The translations under genes were made by a program, and so were the position numbers. The notes beneath the pieces are model-generated. The model was not told where the DNA came from. It was given only the letters and a program-made list of their open reading frames with translations, and made no database searches. From the human T2T-CHM13v2.0 reference genome, Homo sapiens: a stretch of 64,000 nt of DNA. Below are positions 31,261 through 44,207 of this stretch, piece after piece. The stretch is taken from NCBI RefSeq assembly GCF_009914755.1, contig NC_060932.1. One strand, 5' to 3'. Every line of letters starts with the position of its first letter. The first letter of the stretch is position 1.

Positions 31261-32499
31261 GAATGAAGTAGGCATATTATGTTCTGATAAGTGATTGATA
31301 AGATAGCGTACATTTTCTTAAAGGAAAGTATAGGAAAGGAAATATAATATAGAGCCTTTAGTGTAGAGAAAGGAAAAGAAAAACAAATGGAGGACAGTTA
31401 CATATTTTTTTTTCTGAAAGGGCACACAAGGTACTATCAATAGTTACTACTTTTGGAGAGGTGGTAGTTGGAAGACAAGCTTGCTTTTTGCATAGTATAT
31501 GTACCTGTTTATACTTCCTAGAACATTTTCTAATCTTATATATGTATTACTTCTATTTGTTCTTTTTTATGTTAACAGTACAGTGTTAACTGATTGGGGA
31601 GATTATGGAACAAGTATTAAGAAATATTTAATGTTAAAAAATGCTTGAAGTTCTTGTAGAAAAAGAGCTGAGAAATCAGTAGATGTTAAAAAGGCGGCAT
31701 GTTTGAGAAGTTTGTGAGAGAGTAAGTTGAGGGAAGGATTTGGGGAGAGGTGATTAGAGAGACTAGACTGTGTTTGTAGGCAGGGGGCAAGGCCCAGCTG
31801 TGGAGGAAAAATTTGAAGATGCAAGACCAAAAGAGAATAATGAATGAGGCCAGGTCCTCATGGGGCAGCTCTTCAGGGAACAGAAAAAAAAAAGAAAAGA
31901 AAATTGGGTGAAGGAACAGAGGAATTTTGAGTTGCAGGGGAGTGAACTCACATAGGATGGTCTCCATATTTTCAACAAGAAAGAGGGCAGGTGAGGAGTA
32001 GGGGTCTTGAAGGAAAGGAACAAAGTTCAGAGCAGCTGTTGTGAGGAAAGCACAATTTGGCCATAGAATGTGAATATAATAATTACTGAGTTGCAAGGAA
32101 AGCCTGGGTGAGGTTGCATAGCATCAGTTTTTTGATGATGCCAGTGCTATAGTTAGTGACTTCCTCCAGCAGGGCAAGTTAACCCAGGTGCCGGTATGGA
32201 GAGAGCAGAGAGGAGACGCAAGGAAGAGACACCGTGTCATAAGCAGCTTGGGAGTGAAGACAGACATGTGTTCAAAGCCTGACTTTGCCATTTTCCAAGT
32301 TACTAACTTACTTGACAATGCGTCATCATCAGTAAAATAAGATATTAATATATAATACCTACCTCATAGATTTTCTTTATGAGGATGAGAATGTGATCAT
32401 CTGTGTAGTTCTTAGAGAAAGAGAAGTCAGCATAAGGTTAGTGCTCAGTTACTGAGTTACTGTGGTTCCTGAGAGTAGTCACACAGTGTGATCAGGAAG

Positions 32500-32750
32500 A
32501 CAGAGGTCAACAACTGGATAGAGAGTGACCAAAAGCATTGATTCTGGAGCCAGACTGCATGGGATTGAGTCCCAGTTGGACTACTTACCAATCATGAGGC
32601 TTTGAGAAAGGCAAGTAATTCTCTCACCTCAGTTTACACATCTCAGTGAAGATATTTTTAGAAGGTTGTTGGAAGATTAAAATGAGTTAATAAATGTAAA
32701 GTCCTAGAACAGTGCCTTCTAAGTGCTTTTTAAGATATAGCTACTATTGT
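32500..32750. mobile_element. MIR element
   Basis: tctggagccagactgcatggga...cctcagttt...gaagattaaaatgagttaataaatgtaaagtcctagaacagtgcc. Confidence 0.7.
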
Positions 32751-35227
32751 CATTAATTACAACAGTAAAACAATAACTACAATAGCAAATTGAGATTTTC
32801 GAGGTTGGGAAATTGGAAAGGCAGAGATATTACGAGATTCTAAAGACTGCAAATATAATTGAAATTGCTTAGCATGGTTGGCCATGGCTAACTACTTAAA
32901 AGCTATTTTCTGATGCATCAAATTAAAGGAAAAAAAATGTTTGCTTCTTGATGACAACATATATAAACAACTTTAACAATAACTTCTGTTTCATCATATT
33001 TCAGCATGCAATTAAATATTTTGGCAGGGCACTTTGTATCAACACCACCTCCTGTGCTGAGGGTGCTTCCTGGGGCGCTTGTTACCTGGCCTTCTATGGG
33101 ATTCCATCTCCATGGCTGGTTGCCTCGTTTTCTGTTTGTCTTACCCTTCTCAGGATGTGCTGTATTTACTGTATGGATTCCTTAGTAATTCACTTCCTCT
33201 TACATATATACCAGTTCAAGTATGTTTGTTTTTCTGAAATGGGAGCAATGGCATTCTGCAATATCCAATGGGAGATAAAACAGAATATCATATGTTTGGA
33301 AAGGTACTCGCTACGCTCCTATGTTAATTCTCAGTCACTTATCCAAATCCTGCAACATAGATTCTAATCTGGTATATAGTTAAGGTCATAACATGAGCAT
33401 TGAGTTAAATTTCCATTAGTAAGTGGCTGGCATTAGTACATCTTTTAGAGGGGAGTTATGTAAAGAAAAGGAGGAAAACCAACTAAAAAGCCCTTCTACA
33501 GAGTCCTTTGGACACATTGATGACAATAAATGACTGGATATGATTATCATGCATAAAGCCATCCACCTTGTTAATACCCATTCCCTGAACTGTGAAGTTC
33601 AAAGGGTCTTTGAAAGGTCATTTAGTCCTTCTCCCCAGCTTTGGCCAAAAAACTAAAATAAAATAACTGGAGAGTACTGTAAAGTCGTGCTTTCTTTTAG
33701 AGACTTTCTGAAAGGAGATTTCACAATCTCCCCCAGAAATACAATTCAGGTTTTTAACAACCCTCATTGTAGAAAAGGTCATGGTAATATCTAACCAGAG
33801 TCCCAACTGCTATAATAAAAGGTCATGTCCTCTTTTGCAGTTCTTGTTAAAGATGGTGAAGAGGTGGTTACTAGCTTCATCATAAATGAATGGTCACTGA
33901 GCACCTACAAAGACGGTAGTCCTCTTCTCTCCTTATAACAACATTTTATGTATTCAAGATCACCAGGAAGTCACTTTAAGGCTCCCTTGTCTTCAGGCCA
34001 AATGAACCCACAAACATTTCCTCTCCAGGGTCCTAGTTTCCAGCTCTCGATTAATCTTTTCAGCCTTCTCTGCAGATGCTCTGTGTCCCTTCCAGCCATG
34101 AGCACATTCCTCAGTAGTTTCTGACTAATTTGGAATACAAGAGATTTCACAGTCAGTGCTCTGCATTGTTTGTGGGGTTTGGGGGCTTTTTTTTTTTTAA
34201 CACCTGTAGATTGTAGACAGTAATTTTTTCTACCACCTGGTGAGTCCTCCCAAGCTTTGCCTGAAGCTTTTGTGACTCTGGGAGAGAGGAAAATAGGGAT
34301 GAAGAAAACAGGAAAGACATTAGTAACATATTGATATGTAAAGCTTCGTTTATGAAACAGAAAAGGAAAAGTATCCTGTGCCCACAAAAAGACAGAATAG
34401 TCTGCTCAGTCAGGGCTTTTGTTCAAAATCACTTTGAGCAAACAAACCAGCCACACTGTACTTGAGAGACCGGATAGGTATAAACGTATGTGTAAATGTA
34501 AATGAAAAGAGAGTCCTGGCAGCAGGGGTTCTAAAATCAACCTAAGACTGTGGTTTCTTTGATATTTCTCTTCTCACAGTTGGAGGCCAGGCAGGCAATC
34601 AATAAATAGCTGTTCATGATGATTGGCAAGTTTCCCTGGGAAGTTATAGAGATATTGTAGCTTTTGAAGAGTTTAAGGCAGTTAGGGAAAACAAAGCAAC
34701 TCACTGGCGTTTGAAAATTAACAATAAAAAACACAACCCAAAATGAGATCTAGGAAGTACAAGTGATACAAGTTGTTCAGAAGACCATAGGGCGGCAGCA
34801 CTGGCTGGATTGTCCAGGACAGGATCACCTTCATGGGAGAGGAAGACTTTGCACTGGGTACCCTGACTGATGGGTAGATGGAGAGGGCTAGGGTCTAGAT
34901 GCCTAGTGGAGTAGGGGTCGGGGGGTATATGTTACACTGACCACTACATACGGCCTTTTGTTAGCGAGTGTCCATCTAGCAGAGATATCAATTACAATTG
35001 CACTTGGGATGAATGACAATGCAATAAAGGGCTGAAAGGCTGAGCGCAGGAATGGTCATGGGAAAAGTTGCCAGTCCCCCGGAAGTGACTGCACCTTGCG
35101 GTCCTGTGGCTGGAGCAATTCTCCCAGGAATGAGGGGCGGAGGCTTCCAAGGTTCTTTAGGGAGTTGAGTGTGTTCTTGTGTGCGTGTGATGATTCTTCA
35201 GGGGCACTGCTTACATGCACATGTGCT

Positions 35228-35230
<3 letters not shown>

Positions 35231-35282
<52 letters not shown>
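35231..35282. repeat. (AC)26 perfect microsatellite
   Basis: Uninterrupted AC run. Confidence 0.97.
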
Positions 35283-35284
<2 letters not shown>

Positions 35285-38200
35285 CTTTCTCCCTTCTCTC
35301 ATGAAGTCAGGGTAAAAAAATCTAGAACTAAACCTTGGGGCCAGTACTGAACACATGAAAGAGAATCACTTCAACTTTTGTAAACACACAGAAATCTTTA
35401 CAAAGAAAGCCACTGTGTACTCTTGGAAAGAAAGATCAGAAAACAATGGGATGGAGGTGTGGGTGTGAAGAGGAAAAAGAATGAGGTGAAGTACAACCAG
35501 GTAGATCGAAGAGAGAAGGGTAAAAAAGAAAAGAAAGAAGAAAGAAGCACAGTGACCCAACTGTAGAAGAATGTGAGCTGTGGGTAAAGTCTGGTTCTAT
35601 CTCCTGAAGTGTAAAATGTGGCTTTGAGGACTCGTGTATACCTCTGTGGCTGCACTTGAAGTACCCAGATCTCATCACTACCTTGTCCTTACCACCTTTA
35701 GACAAGAAATGACTGAGAATAGGAGCCACGTGTTAATTCATCCATGCATCCTCATTGCTGCCCCTCAATAAATGTTTGTTGAATTAGTGAAATTATTATA
35801 AGCTGAATTTTATAATTCCCAGGACAAATTGTTCTGTAAAATAATTCCCATTTTGCTTATCTCTCTATAGGCATCCCTTTCCTCTGCCGCTTAGCTTGTA
35901 GATCAAGCCATCCCAGTGTCAGGTTGAGCCTTAGGGAGCCAGTGCTCGCCATGCACTGGCTTTCTTTCCCTACCCTGTCCCTGAAGTTCCTCTACTCATT
36001 TTTAAAATTTTATAATTTAGTATTTTATTCCTTTAAGTCAAATGGATTCTACAGATGTTCCTGGGAGAGAAAACACACTGAGCCATATCAAACATTGATA
36101 CTTTGGTCTGCAGGCATACATAGGGTTATTCCTAAAAGCAGGATCTATATCTGGAGGGAGAATGAGAATTCTGGTTACCTGGTAGGGAGGGAGTGAAACA
36201 TAAAAGACAAAATGGCAATCCAGGGGAACAAAGACAACTTGTTCCTGCTGTTTGGTTTTGTCTTAGGATGTTCACTGCCACTGAATCCATTTCCAGCCCA
36301 GGCGTCTTGCCCTGGTCATCCTCCTGGCTTCTGGTCCTTCCTATTTTAGTACCTGGAAAACTGAGGATGTCTTTGTCTCTACTTTGTCAACTCAGCAACA
36401 AAGGAGCTGCATTCTGCACACTGCCAGGCTGTTTCTCTGTATGTGCTCATTTGCTGAGCAGGTGTGTTCTCCCCAGCTACACCTTTTAAGGTGAGAGTGT
36501 CATCAGTCAGCAGTGCCCAAGGAACTGGAGGAAAGGGAGGAAAAATGCTAGTTGGTTTTAATCCAAAGTTCCCTCACTGCTTCCCATACACTGGCATGAT
36601 GCATCTGCTGTGTTCTGTGTCCTCTGTCTGCTCTGGGAATAATTATTCCCTCCAAGACACTTAATTGAGTAGAGGGAAGGTGGGAGCTTAAGAATGATAG
36701 CTGCCCTCCTTCTTACCACACATGACAGAGGCACACGTGGAAACTGAGGCTGACGTTTATCAACTCAGCCATGGTTATGAGTGGTTGGAGAAGTAGGCTC
36801 CATTCCTGTCTCTCTCACATTTGAATCATCATGAAGCTGGAATGGAAGTTTAAATCACACCCTGTTTCTCAGCGGGCACCATGCTATTATGGTTATTAAA
36901 TGTATTTGATAAACCTCTGACCTTTCAGATGCTGTTTTTTTTTTTTTGATGGTTGTGTTCTCCCTTGAGAATTATTTTTATGTGTTTATTGCCCTATTAG
37001 TGAACCAGTTCTGCTTGATTTCCTCGTTCACTCTTTAATTTGGTAGCACCCTATTTTACAGTCCACTAACTGTTGAAAATAAATTCACTTTCCTTGTGTG
37101 GTTAGTATTACTCATTTGATAACATAAGTACCATATTAGGGTGCGGTGAATGCATAGTAAGTGCTGCACAATTACAAGGTAAATATATGATGGCTTTATT
37201 TTATCCTCTAAGCCCAACACAGGGGTGACAGAGTAATTACTGTTGGACCCATTAAGTGTACTTACCACATAATCTGTAGGAAGATTAACTATGTAGTTAG
37301 CACTTGCCATCCTCCATTTTCACACACCTTCTAAGATTACACCTCTTTGAGACTTATATTATCTCAGATAAATCTCGTGTGCTGTATTGCAGGAGCCATC
37401 ATGGATCTGCTACAGGAATAACCACATCCAACGCACCTCTAGAAAAAAGGGTGAAAAGCAGCTATAGCACATCTTGCGGGGTGGGGAGGCACCCACATTC
37501 TAAATTCAAACTAACGCTTTTATTTTTGCTTTGCCCATGCATTCAATAGGATGGAGTAGGAGAGGTATGGGAGAAACAGCATGTGCCGTCCTAGCAACCC
37601 GTCCTCTTCCACAATAAATTATTAGAGTCTAGCATTTAATTGGTGTCAGAAAACATCTGCCATGGACTTAACAGCACCTGGGACCAAGACCTTCATATCC
37701 CACAATAAAATTCTCTCATAATGACTGTATGCCCTAAACTGATGTTGTCAGTGTACTTTTAATCTGAATGATTTGTACCAAAGCTAAAATTCATATTTGT
37801 GAACTCTGGTCTTTCTCTCAACTAATAGACTTTGTGTTATCTCCTTGCCCTAGACTGCTCTCTGCAAAGGCATGTGCCCCAGGTTTCACATAAGCAGAGC
37901 AGATCACCCATATTTTATCACTGTGTGTGGGTCTGCCCTCGCTCTGGTAAAAGTGTAAAAAGTGTTTTGCAGGTAAACATGACATCCTAAACTAAGGAGT
38001 TGTCTGCTCTTACTAGAAAAAAACATTATTTTCTTTGCAAAATTGATTATATTCAAGAGTCTATTACATGCTAAGCTACCTTAATGCAGTTAAGATATTT
38101 GCCTAGCATCCCTTTGATTTATACAAGGCATTTTAGAAACACGATTACTGTGTGAAAGTGAGTACAACTTGTGTTCACTGTACATCTGTCATTGTCTCTG

Positions 38201-38304
38201 AGCAGTAGCTCCAAAAATCCAATAGCATTTCCTTTTGTATTCCCGAGTGGTTCTTTGACTTTGTGCCCATGCTGGTCACTTACAATTTCTCTTGTGTCTT
38301 TCAG

Positions 38305-38490
38305 GCATTGAGAATGCCAGCGACATTGCTTTGTACTCGGGCTTGGGTGCTGCCGTCGTGGCCGTTGCAGTCCTGGTCATTGGTGTCACCCTTTACAGAC
38401 GGAGCCAGAGTGACTATGGCGTGGACGTCATTGACTCTTCTGCATTGACAGGTGGCTTCCAGACCTTCAACTTCAAAACAGTCCGTCAAG
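38305..38490 (+). CDS. UNC5D: UNC5D transmembrane exon with juxtamembrane DxxD caspase motif (186 nt, phase 1-1)
   Basis: ttcag|GC acceptor; donor AAG|gtcagc. Translates [61 protein letters not shown]: a hydrophobic helix followed by RR, then DVID. Confidence 0.97.
38424..38435 (+). other. UNC5D: Codons for DVID, the dependence-receptor caspase-3-type cleavage motif
   Basis: gac gtc att gac = D-V-I-D followed by SS, at the position equivalent to DITD/SS in UNC5A/B. Confidence 0.8.
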
Positions 38491-39530
38491 GTCAGCGGCA
38501 TAGGTCCCTCCACACCTCGTCCTCAGTGCCATAGACTACGCTCACACTAGACCCCAGCCTTCTCCTGGGCCCTGTGTGAAGGTAGCTCTTGGCACTGGGA
38601 GCCGCTACCAAATTGTCTTCACACATGAACAGACCGGGCTGGGTGAAGTGGTCTGCTTAGGTCCTTGTCTGCCACAGGGACAAGAGGATCTCGGTTTATT
38701 ATCAGCAACATTTTCAATGAGGCATTTCCATTTTTGATGTAGGGTCAGCCTAATGAGTTATTTTATTTCAAATTATCCTTCTTTTTAAAAAAGTCCTTTT
38801 GAGGATGTATATTTAATTTAGTTAACCAAAGTATTGGTCATTCAAGACTGAGGACTAACACCTATATTACAGCCTCCCAGGTATATTTATTACCCTATTT
38901 ATGAAGTGGAGTAATTTTGTTATTTCTATTTTAAATAAGTAAACAGATTTTAGAGAATAGATGATGGGTCAGCTAGCCAGGGGAAAAAAAATGAAATTCC
39001 AGCCGAAACGACTCTCAGCTGTTGCCAAGTCCAAGCAATCTTTAGTTGTGGGGGAAGGAAAATCTATCATGTCAAACTGTATCATGTCATTTTCAAAACA
39101 GAGTCATTTAATTCTGTTATAGGAACCAAATCTATTCCTTATTGCAAGGTGGGGATGAAACATACACAGCTTTCATTTTAGAAAAAAATGAAACCGTCTC
39201 TTTTCAGAGGATGAAGTTTTCTACCTTGACCCTCATCGTCAATATCGTCACCTTCATTTCTGTTTATTGTGCATCAGTGGTGCCTACAGCGCGGAACCAG
39301 AAGTCTCAGTGCAAGGCAGTGATTGAGTAGACAGGCTTCCGAAGTGGAAACACAGGCATGCTGGAAAAAATTGAGAGATGGCCAGAGAGATGAGTACCTT
39401 CCCTCTTGCCATTCACTTCTGGGCACCTCAGAGTTAGGCCTCAAAAGAGACACATCCCCTACATTTGGACATATAGTTTAGTATATGTAGTTAATTGGAA
39501 ATAAATCCAAATATAGAACTGATTTTTTAA

Positions 39531-39799
39531 GTGGTGTTACTCAAGCTGGAGTGCAGTGGTGCAATCATAGCTCACGGAAGCCTCCCACCCATGGGCTTAA
39601 GTGATCCTCCCACCTCAGCAGCTGGGACTACAGGCACATGCCACCACACCAAGCTAAGTTTTTGTTTTATTTTTATTTTTTATAGAGACAGGGTCTCACT
39701 ATGTTGCTCAGGTTGGTCTCGAACTCCTGGCCTCAATGATCCTCCCACCTCAGCCTCTGAAAGTGCTGGGATTATAGGAATGAGCTACTGGGTCTGGTC
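39531..39799 (-). mobile_element. Alu (AluJ-like), 3' end eroded, TSD agaactgattttt
   Basis: Antisense Alu body; identical 13-mer at ~39515 and ~39801. Confidence 0.9.
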
Positions 39800-39914
39800 A
39801 AGAACTGATTTTTATGCTACCTAAAAAACTAGAAACATATTTTCATCAAATAATAAAATATCAATATCTTAGACCATAACACTTGAAAACAGATGAGCTG
39901 TATTAGTGTGAGAG

Positions 39915-40115
39915 ACAGTTTTGTGCATAAGTCCGTAGGCTTTGAAGTTAGATTTTAGTCTAAAACTGCTATCAATTAGTCTGTTATCCTCTTGAGTCTC
40001 AAGTTTTACAGCTATAAAATGGGGTTAGTAACATTCAACTCAAAGTGTTCTGAGGATGAAATCACCTGGAATAACATGGGTAAGCCCTTGGCATATGGAA
40101 AGCGCTCACAAATGC
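39915..40115. mobile_element. MIR fragment
   Basis: ggctttgaagttaga...gagtctcaagttt...ctataaaatgggg...ttggcatatggaaagcgctca. Confidence 0.55.
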
Positions 40116-40345
40116 AGCGAATAGAGTTCTAGACGCTGGTTGCTTCCTCTTACCCTAGTACAGGATGCCAGCGTGTTCCGTGGAGCACCAGGCAGCAGGT
40201 GAGAAGGGTGGATCCCTGGCCTACACCTGTCTGGGGAGTGCTGACTTGCCTACACTTAAACTCAACTTATGTGTATTGTAAATCTCTAAGACAATATTAG
40301 TCTTACCAAACTTACCTGACCATTTTGTTTTATTTTTATTTTTAG

Positions 40346-40387
40346 CCAAGAATATCATGGAACTAATGATACAAGAAAAATCCTTTG
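40346..40387 (+). CDS. Candidate alternative in-frame cassette exon of UNC5D (42 nt): (A)KNIMELMIQEKSF(G)
   Basis: Branch-like cctgac at 40315-40320, T-rich tract, tag| acceptor, TTG|gtaaat donor. Length is a multiple of 3 with no stop in the phase-1 frame. No transcript evidence is available here. Confidence 0.35.
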
Positions 40388-42246
40388 GTAAATGCCACTC
40401 TCCCTGCATTTATTATGGTAATCTGCCTCATGCTGATATCATGTGGTTTTCACCTCCACTGTCTTAGAGAGATCCGTTTTTGAGCAATACATCCAGTGCC
40501 CCGGCAAGGTGAACACTGAGCCTTTTAAATAGAATGCCATACACAGAACAGACTAGGGACTTGAAAAAGGATTTCCAAAGAGAAGACTGGGGTGACCAGC
40601 GGTGGGTGACTGTCGCTGGTCAGACTTCAGTCAAGCTGGCAGCCAATTTTCTCTGACCGTGGATGCTATCATATGTACATATGTCCAGAATCAGGCATTT
40701 CCCGCTCAAGTGCTGTCTCACTCTAGGAAATATTTTTGCTTCCTTGTGTCACTTAGACTAGGCAGATCTTCTAAGCGTAGCCAAAAATTAAACTTCAGAG
40801 GCTAGGGCTTGAGATAAAAGAGCCAGGTGACTGAGGCATGTGGCTTTTGAGGTCTCCGCAGAACCTCCTGTTCTAAACTCTTTTCTAATCTAAGATGGGT
40901 TTTGGTCCTGCTTCTTTCCTGGGAAGACCATAAACAGGAGCAAAGTGGTCACCTGAAGAACTCAGTGCAGACCTGCTAGAAAGCGCAGCTCCCTGATGGT
41001 ACCTGGGTCTTGATACAACACACTCATGCATGGAAAAAAAATAATAATAATCAAAGATCCTTTAGCTCTATAGCATTATTTATTTCATCCAATTTGTATA
41101 TTTTCCTCTGTGATTCTGGATTCTTAGAGCATCACAACAAGAGATGGGAAAAGTCAGGGTGATAGATTTCCTACTGGCGTTGCTGCAAATTATGAAAATG
41201 GAAAAACAATAGAGGCTAATACAATATGGCCAAGAATTGCAACATTTTCAGAAAGATCATACTTTAAACATTTTTGTCAGGCCCCAAAGGAAAATTGTTT
41301 AATATGGTTTGGGTTTCAATTTGAGATGTCATATTGACGGACTGATATGGGTGTGAAGCTTGGGACTGAGAGTTATTTTGTTATTTACTAATAAATGAGA
41401 TTACTTCATCACAAGAAAATATCACAGCATTTCTTTTTAATATTTGGCTTGGAAAAAAATGGCGAGCCCCAGCAGATGACAAAGCCCAATTTCTCATGTT
41501 TTTGCAAAGATATTATATATACTTTTTCCCTTTGAGACAGAAAGGAAACCATTCTAAGCTGCTCCCTATGTAGAATCTAAGCTTCTCACTGTCTCTGGGT
41601 GGTGCATTTTTTCCCTCGCAGAGTGACATATGAGTTATTAGAGCAAATTGGCTACTCAGATGTGGTGAGATTCATGAGGTGCCCTGACCCTTTTGCTCTG
41701 AGGACACATCATTTCCTCCCCAGCTCCAGAATCTGCACAGAATTCCGTATGAAATGCACTGGAACCGATGTAGCTTCTGTTATAAACAGCACTACCTAGT
41801 CACCACGCTTTGTCATCTCTTGCCATTTAAAATGAACAGATGTTATTTTTGCTCAAAACTTGACTGCAAAACATCTCTCCCCCCTCTTTTTTTGTTATTT
41901 TAGCTTCTGTTTGCCAGTTGAAATAATCACATAAACAATAATACCTGAGTTCGTTGCCAGAGAGAGTGCCAGAAATACTTGTTTTGAAAAGATAGCACGG
42001 AAAGATCTCTGGAAAGTGAAAGATTTGGGTCAGTGGCATTTAGAGAATGGACGGTGGAAGCCAGGGCTCTTGATTCAAAAGTTCTAGTCACTAGCACCCA
42101 ACCTGGCAGGGTGGTCCTGAAGAGCTAGCTTGGATTGGAACTGCTGGCACCTATGCAGGCTGTTGCGCAGTTTGCAGAGGCAGAAGTACAGGAGTAACTG
42201 AGATGCCTTTTAGTTTCTGAGTGACAGATCAATTTTCTTTTACCAG

Positions 42247-42624
42247 GTAACTCCCTGCTCCTGAATTCTGCCATGCAGCCAGATCTGACAGTGAGCCGGA
42301 CATACAGCGGACCCATCTGTCTGCAGGACCCTCTGGACAAGGAGCTCATGACAGAGTCCTCACTCTTTAACCCTTTGTCGGACATCAAAGTGAAAGTCCA
42401 GAGCTCGTTCATGGTTTCCCTGGGAGTGTCTGAGAGAGCTGAGTACCACGGCAAGAATCATTCCAGGACTTTTCCCCATGGAAACAACCACAGCTTTAGT
42501 ACAATGCATCCCAGAAATAAAATGCCCTACATCCAAAATCTGTCATCACTCCCCACAAGGACAGAACTGAGGACAACTGGTGTCTTTGGCCATTTAGGGG
42601 GGCGCTTAGTAATGCCAAATACAG
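42247..42624 (+). CDS. UNC5D: UNC5D cytoplasmic linker and start of ZU5 domain (378 nt, phase 1-1)
   Basis: ttttctttaccag|GT acceptor; donor CAG|gtgggt. Translates (G)[22 protein letters not shown]...[17 protein letters not shown]; GxFGxLGGRL is the start of the UNC5 ZU5 domain. Confidence 0.96.
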
Positions 42625-44049
42625 GTGGGTGGTAAGTGTGTGTTTGTGTATTTTCCATCATTTAAATGTTTCATTTTTACACAGTTACTTCCCATCAGAT
42701 TCATTTTATGATGTTTACTCTCCCCTCATCAGACCTGCAAACACTGCGGCTCCACTAGTCCACTTGATTTACACAGCAAACCAGAACCAATGCTGAGATT
42801 AGATTTTGCAGTCTTCATCTCAGCATGGATTGAATGCTCCCTTTGATTCCCTGTTAGAGCTGATAACTATATTTGCCTGAAAGGTTTGGGTAGTCCCCAG
42901 GCTTTAAGCCCCTTTGGAGTATATTTCCTAGGCATGATAAGAAAGCACTGAAAAAATTCTCTGGCATGACAGACCAGGGCCCCATGTTTATACCTAAGCA
43001 TGGTTTATGTACTAGTTTGATAATTTAGATAATTTAGTGAAACGACATCTCATCAGTAACTGACCTAATGAACACTCCATAGCCCTTGCTATAGTGTTAC
43101 TTTCTGGTGAGCAACGATGAGGGGTTGTTGTAGAGTTGCTCTTTTGAATTTAAACTTCAGTTCCAGGGCTATGTCAGTATAATGAATTCTCACATATTTT
43201 GTTCCTCCTTTTAGCTGGAAGAGAGGAGATTTTCATGATGTTTTGACATGATACTTAAAGTATCCAGCCCAGATCACTTTTAAAATGATATCCTTTCTAT
43301 GGATTAGTTTTCAAAGTTGCTGCCTAAGACCTAAGTGGATGGTAGACAAGGTCAATTTCTGCTCGGATTTCTAAGCAATGAGAATTAGGTAGTGCACTGA
43401 AGCAGGTAGTGATCTGTTGGCTGCTAAGAGGGAAGAGTATCTGTTGGATCTGTAAGTGTTTATCAAACAACAGGTCAGCATTGAGTCAGGGACATTATAG
43501 TCTAGACAGATGTCTCTCTAGGGTGGAGCTAACCAACCTCTCAAATCGAGCATTTCATTCCATAAATAAAATCTGTAATAGGACTAGTCTGATTCTACCA
43601 TTCTAGCTAACTGACCCCTCTAGTAGCTTAGAGACTGGAGACTGAAATTCATTTCTAGTTGATGAATGTTGTCTTGTTCTCCCCTAGAGCAATTACTTCC
43701 TTAAAATCTTCATTTCAAAACATATTTTACTTCATCAAAATAGCCCTCAATGGCAGCCGTAATTGAATGGTTTTGTTTTTTAAATTTCTAATTCTCTAAA
43801 TCTTCATTGGTCAATGTTTTAGGACATGGTAAGGATCTTTGTTCAAATGTGTATGCGTGTCAATGTGTGAATGCCTACGCATGATTTAATTCTTCCAGTT
43901 GATAATTGGAAGATAATGAGTCAATCAGACATATTTACCAATTAACTTTTCTGTAAGAATTCATAAACTAGACATGTGAGTCCTGAGGAAAGAAAAAGAA
44001 TACAACCCTTGCCCTAAAGAACACGACGTGTCAGAATTATATAAAATTT

Positions 44050-44174
44050 GGCAGGGTGTAGTGGCACACACCTGTAGTCCCAGCTACTCAGGAGGCTGAG
44101 GTGGGGAAATCGCTTGAGTCTAGGAATTCGAGACCAGCGAGGGCAACATAGCAAGTTGCTGTCTCTAAAAAAAA

Positions 44175-44191
<17 letters not shown>
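44050..44191 (+). mobile_element. Alu monomer (FLAM-like) with long A tail followed by (TA)n
   Basis: ggcagggtgtagtggcacacacctgtagtcccagc...gggcaacatagcaag...ctctaaaaaa. Confidence 0.88.
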
Positions 44192-44207
<16 letters not shown>

